The notes beneath the pieces were generated by a model, which was given only the letters and a program-made list of their open reading frames with translations, did no database searches and was not told where the DNA came from. A stretch of 63,496 nucleotides of DNA, filler included, from Licmophora abbreviata (taxonomy: Eukaryota), in assembly GCA_900291995.1 (NCBI GenBank). It is 11 parts of 11 records of this genome, joined end to end, with 100 filler letters (N's around TTAATTAATTAA, not from the genome) between each part and the next. Parts side by side here need not be neighbours in the genome. Positions count along the whole stretch, not along the records: positions 50,257 to 61,520 come from OLMU01005355.1; positions 61,621 to 63,496 come from OLMU01005357.1; 9 more parts are not named here. One strand, written 5' to 3'. The first letter of the stretch is position 1. The number at the start of each line of letters is the position of its first letter. Of the stretch, positions 58,425 through 63,496 are shown in pieces. The position numbers and the translations under genes are program-made.

Positions 58425-60624
58425 ATGATGCGTCGGTGGGCTGCGAGACTCGTGACGAGAGGCAGTCGAAAGCGACAGCGCCACCTTGGCAAACATCATC
58501 AGAATCAGCATCAGGCCCCATTCTCATCCAAAGACACTGCAGCAAGCATGTCGTCAATTTGGAACCGCCTCAAGGGTCTGGGACAGAACTCAACTACCGT
58601 CTCGTCTCACATATCAACTCAGAAACAGCAATCTCGAGCTCGGCCGCGTATTGCAGACGTTGCGGCTTCTCCAAAGCATAGTAGCAGCACCAGTGCTGAT
58701 GTCGGACTCCCCAACTGGTTAACGCCTTGGGACAAGGAGTTTCAGAAGACCCATCCAGATAGCCGAGGATGGGAGGCGAGTGTGCGCATTGCTCGTATTG
58801 CAGTCAATGGATTCTTGGAACCGTCAGCCGTAGCGTTGTTGGCAGCATCCACTTCGGCGGTTTTGGCCATTGGAGCTTTCGAGGGTTACATCCTTTGTGC
58901 GACTGAAATGCCACACTCGGCCTTTGTTCTTCGCTATTCGGTCGAGCAACTGTTACCGTCGTGTCTCTGGAGCACCCAAGATGCGTCGCTTGTGGCCACA
59001 GCTATGGGACTGGATCCTAGCGAAGTCTTGCAAAAGTTGGATCCCACTGTCCCGGCCGATGCACAAATGCTTCTTCGAGTGCAGACGCTTGCTGCGGCTA
59101 GGTCCATGGCAGCCGGCTTTATGTTATTGGCACAACTGGTGCGAGTCGGAACCATTGGCGCCGATGCGCCCAATGTTTACATGGAGCGGATCAGACAAGG
59201 ACGAGAACCTCCCGATGCTGAGTAGTCCTTTGATTGTACGACTCTGCGGGAGGGACTCGGATGCCACGACGACATCCTTGCATCGTATGGGACGTCACCT
59301 GCTTCCTGTCTACGAGGAACCAGACCGCGTAGCTCATTTGGCGCAAGGCAAGCGCTTTCCAGTGTATTGGTGTGTGAGACCGGGTCGGTATGGTTACGCG
59401 CACTGGTGGAGAGATTTTCCTGTCGATCAGCGCTGTTTGATCAGGAGTAGTACGGGACGGAAGGTATTGGTGATGGAAGCAGACGCCACCAATTCGCGTG
59501 ATCCGCTTGCTTTAGGCGAACGTTCGCTGGACTTGACTCTTGACGATGCATCTCAGGGCTTTCGGAGAATTGAAGAACTCTACGCTCGCCATCGTCGAGA
59601 GAGGATGCCCCCGTTTCGTACCTTGCGTGTGTTCCTGGGCAACTCGCTCGAGATTTCCAAGTCAGGTGGCGGACATTCCTACACCCTTCGACATCGCGTC
59701 CGCTTTGCCAAAGAGGTGGATGTCTTGATTGATTCACGTGCTCCAGTATTGCAGGAGATCTTGCAATGGTGCGATCGTGTAGCCGACAAGGATAGGAGAA
59801 TTCTGTTTCAAACAAGCAGTCAACAGTACTTTATGAACCTACGATTGTTGATGCGAAATTATGGGTACAGCATTTATGATCCGCTAGACTGGCACATGCT
59901 GGAAGGTATGGAGGCAGTGGAGGATGTAGAGGCCAATGGGGAGGAAGCTGCGGCCGATTATGAATCATTGCTTCAGGTCCTTGTCGACGAACAATTCATG
60001 GATTACGGCAGAGCAGGAGAAATGTCGCTCGGCAGCGAGAAGCCGAAATTAGGCGACGACAAGGCAATGAGACATCAGCTCCGTCAGATTACCAAACTAT
60101 CGCGGTTACCAAGAATTGTTTACTACGGAAACACTCCAGAAACAGTCAATGCTGTGCAAGCGCTTGTGAATGCGGGGGAAGTGGAAGTTGCCAACTGCTG
60201 TGCGATACTTGATAAGGAAGACGGCCTGAATTTCCTCACAGAGGTCTTTGACGAGCAAGCTAGCGAAGCTACAAGCGAGGAGTCGACCAAGACGTCTGAG
60301 AATCCCCGACAAGCTAGGAAGAGTCGACAGATGAGTGGTTTGCATATTGTGTGCTCATCGACAATTTATGATGATCTGTTTCGACAAGTACGACAATGGA
60401 CGCGAATGGGCCACACTGGAAAGGAGATACAGACGGAGTTGGATGCCCGCTTTGAAAAGATTCTCCAGCAAACACGGGAGGTAAAAGAAATCATTTCAGA
60501 TGCGATGGTCGAGGAGGAGGTAGCACACAGCGAGTCACCACCCGATACCGAGTCTTTTGAGGACACCACGGATGTACCACCAGCCGACAGCGAGGAGGAG
60601 TCGGATACGAAACCGAAGTCGTAG
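58425..60624 (+). CDS. Uncharacterised membrane protein (two ORFs joined by a frameshift near 59211)
   Basis: Two long overlapping ORFs with protein-like composition. Removing one C gives GREPP-MLSSPLIVRLCG. Confidence 0.6.
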
Positions 60625-60685
60625 ATATTCGCTGGCCTAGCTTACAACAGAGCGTGCCAAGATGCTTCATCACGTAGGGAATTCG

Positions 60686-61393
60686 TCAACGCTTCAGATA
60701 TCGTTTCCCCTTCGAAATGGCTTGCTCCAGCAAATTTTCTTTCATGATAACGTTGGACGCCACCCAGAGGCCCGCGGCGGTACTCCACTGCAAGGCACCG
60801 ACCGAATCTGCTTTGGCCAGTCCCACGAGTATGGATACGTGCATGGCACGCTGCAACATAAGTCGTTCGAATCTTGGTCGATCGTACCAGGCTCGAGTCG
60901 GTCTGACAGTGGACGCATCACCCCAATCGGCAACAGAATCCTCATCCCTTTCATATCCTGCCAATTGCAGGACCGCTCGAGCGGTCTCGGCAGATCGCAC
61001 TTGATAAATACCGGCCATTTTGATGCCAAACATATCGGGAGGAACCATGCTTCCTGACCTGCCATCTTTGGAAGATTGCTCAAGTTCTTTGTCGACTATC
61101 CGTTCCTGTTTGCCATCATTCCTCACTACGACGACATTGGGACCATCGCCACAGGGCCCGAGACAAGGACAGGCCACCACCTTCACATTGGCGTTGTCTT
61201 GACTGCTCATATGTTTGAAAAGCCGCAAGCAGTCCGATGCTCCATCGACGCGACAGTCGGCACCCGTGCAGACGCGTACTATCGTTGTAGCAGTCGACGC
61301 GAGACCATCAACGGTCACGTCGCGCATCTGGAAACGACAGCAGAACAGAGCCGCCATGACTGCGGCGGAGAAATTGACTCTTCGTATCCTCAT
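60686..61393 (-). CDS. Thioredoxin-like [2Fe-2S] ferredoxin-domain protein
   Basis: VRVCTGADC...GA...CPCLGPCGDGPNV; hydrophobic N- and C-terminal segments. Confidence 0.75.
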   Translation of the reverse strand: MRIRRVNFSAAVMAALFCCRFQMRDVTVDGLASTATTIVRVCTGADCRVDGASDCLRLFKHMSSQDNANVKVVACPCLGPCGDGPNVVVVRNDGKQERIVDKELEQSSKDGRSGSMVPPDMFGIKMAGIYQVRSAETARAVLQLAGYERDEDSVADWGDASTVRPTRAWYDRPRFERLMLQRAMHVSILVGLAKADSVGALQWSTAAGLWVASNVIMKENLLEQAISKGKRYLKR

Positions 61394-61620
61394 GCCTGCT
61401 TCAAGTATATTGGTTCCCTCACCATTAGATATAAACCCCTCCGTTGCTTCGCTCCACACCGTTGTTTGGAGGCGAAGGGAGTATGCTACAGTAGACACAC
61501 TTTTCGGGGCATCGGCCGAGNNNNNNNNNNNNNNNNNNNNNNNNNNNNNNNNNNNNNNNNNNNNTTAATTAATTAANNNNNNNNNNNNNNNNNNNNNNNN
61601 NNNNNNNNNNNNNNNNNNNN

Positions 61621-62389
61621 CGTTTGTGGACGTGGTCAGACGCTTGTGACCAGCAAGCAGTGGTCAAAGCGTGAGGCGTTTCTGAAGATGATTGAAGAGT
61701 CCATTGTTGAAGACACCTTTGCCAGTGGAACGTATTATCCCGGCAGCGACAAGGTCTTCGCGGAGTTCCAGAAGAAGTACCCGAACGCCAAAATTCTCGA
61801 ACCGGAAAATGGAAAGTGCAAGGATGCCAAATGTCTTTTCATTACGGGCGACACCCCGAATGGCTACTCTTGTTCCACTGAGGCATTCTCGCAAGTCCTG
61901 ACGGAAGTCCCTCTGGACGTTCCCGCGACGGCCGCGGACTTTTTGCCAGCTGCAGTCAAGTTTTCCAACGAGAAATTGCTTGGCACTCTCGGGGTGACGG
62001 TACTCATTGATGACAAGACGCAAAAGCTGAATGAAGAAGTGCTGAGCCAGGCCGTGACGGATCTCAAGTACGGTAGTGTCGCCGTCAATGGAACTGTTGC
62101 GATGGTGTGGTTCAGTCCCTACTTGATTTGGGGTGGCAACGAGGAAGAGAAATCTAACATTGAATCTGGAAAGGGACATTTTGGCAACCTGCTCGGATAC
62201 GAAAACGTCGAGAAAAGCATCGCCTACGATGCGTTTGTTTCTCCAGGACACTTGCTCTTTTTCAACAAGAGTGTCGTGGACGCAACCTCCGACGGCTTGG
62301 CGACGATCGCTGTTAATCCGTCCTGGTACCAGCACATCAAGTTCCTCGCAAAAGCTATCTTTGGTAGTATGAAGTCCAAAGACTTTTAA
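61621..62389 (+). CDS. Aldehyde dehydrogenase-family protein, 3' part
   Basis: CGRGQTLVT, TEAFSQVL.E, AVKFSN..L.GTL, LKYGSVAVN, WGG, SGKGHFGN. Confidence 0.75.
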
Positions 62390-62726
62390 GCGTGAAGTGG
62401 GAGCCATTGGTCATTCTCCAGACCACACACTGCAGTAGTAGCAGAACAGTTTTGAACTCGTGTTATTAATTGTATACCTTCGAATTCAGATTGTATCAGA
62501 TTGCCATCAGCGTCTAGTCAGAGCTCTGGCACTATTAGAAGCGCCTGCCGGGTACCTGCACTGGCAGTTTGATGTCACTTTCTCGCCTCAAGTCGGCGCT
62601 TGACCAGAAACGTCGCCTCGCTCGCCACCCCTGCTACTGCCTATACATCTAGTGAACCTAGATCACGAACGAGAAACACGCTCACACTAGTAGCTACATT
62701 ACAAGTCTGTGTACGCCCACCCCCGT

Positions 62727-63150
62727 TCACATACCAAGCTCAGCTGTCCAAAGTGATAGGCTAAGGACGCGACACTCGTAAGTTCTGTAAGTGCCCCAAA
62801 TAGCACGTCTCTGTGAAATTTTAGAAGTACGCCAGCAATGGTATAGATCAAAGGCTGACGTGCTCGTGCGAGTGCGTCGAACCATGCGTCGACGGAGCCG
62901 CCAAGCTTGGTGTTTCACCTCCTGTCTCGTCAGCCAGTATGCTGAAAGAACTGGAGCTGAAGCTTCAACGACTGAGAGAGGGCGTCTTCGGCGGCTCTCT
63001 GGTAGCGAGAGCGAGCTGGTGCTGCTGCCTTCCTCGTTCCTCGTGGCAATGGTATAAGAAGGAGGCGAGACCCCTGGCACTCGCTCCCCATTGTGGTCCA
63101 TAACACGCGAGTCTGCTTGTGTCAATCATCTTCCTTTTTCTAAGTTCCAT
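62727..63150 (-). CDS. Hypothetical small basic protein; model uncertain
   Basis: Two overlapping minus-strand ORFs, each partly protein-like; no recognised motif. Confidence 0.25.
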
Positions 63151-63496
63151 TGAAACAAAGGACGGCGGAGGGCATATAACTAGGACAAGGTCGGACTGGA
63201 TTTGTTCTTTGAAAAAGGGCGCGCCAATAAACAAAACCTGACGCCAACGGAATCCGGAATGCACGCGCAAATCGAAATAAGACCATCGGAGGCTGCTGCA
63301 CAACGGTCGCAACAGCACACTCCTCGACTGCCTCCTGCAGACTTATAACAATGAGAATCATGTTCACGAAAAGCCCCCTCCCTTCTTGCACTGTTCACGC
63401 AGTATTCATTCACACCTGGTACCTGGAGTCTGGCCTTTTTCTAGATCCACGATTTGATTCATCATGAAAGCAGTACTCTTCCTTTTCGCCTGAGTG

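Noticed and set aside
26082..61620. Repeated TTAATTAATTAA flanked by Ns as a biological repeat or CRISPR-like array
   Set aside because: Uniform 100-nt artificial spacers with six-frame stops; ORFs ending in X..LIN are artefacts.
61664..62407. 247-aa minus-strand ORF
   Set aside because: Antisense shadow of the aldehyde dehydrogenase.
1..63496. Prokaryotic operons, defence systems, rRNA or tRNA genes
   Set aside because: Sequence is intron-containing eukaryotic DNA; no RNA gene or CRISPR array was recognisable by eye.

Overview
Eukaryotic, gene-dense DNA with mostly short (about 80-110 nt) GT-AG introns and a signal-peptide plus 'VSA-F' plastid presequence, most consistent with a diatom (inference). 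It is a scaffold of 11 contigs joined by ten 100-nt artificial N/TTAATTAATTAA/N spacers. Contig order appears real at least locally, because one BEACH gene runs collinearly across three gaps. About 27 genes are present. The first contig holds APC7, RPA2, PPC decarboxylase, an extended glyoxalase II-like protein, a TMEM53-like hydrolase, a tandem-domain PI-PLC-like protein, NDC80, a divergent Lon-like AAA+ ATPase, a FUBP-like KH protein, TBCE and an alpha/beta hydrolase. Later contigs hold a DIRS-like tyrosine-recombinase retroelement fragment, an ankyrin/kinase/RING gene, a BEACH-WD40 gene, serine acetyltransferase, RPL8, two ABC1 kinases, SNRNP40, PEP synthase, a tail-anchored truncated globin and a Dld-type D-lactate dehydrogenase, among others. 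The standout is one gene (15549-19271, minus) fusing an ER sulfhydryl oxidase Ero1 to a soluble fumarate-reductase-type flavoprotein and a cytochrome b5 domain. This architecture suggests an O2-independent disulfide-formation relay in a single polypeptide. Several single-base frameshifts in the later contigs look like homopolymer sequencing errors. All calls are from motif recognition by eye; no searches were run.
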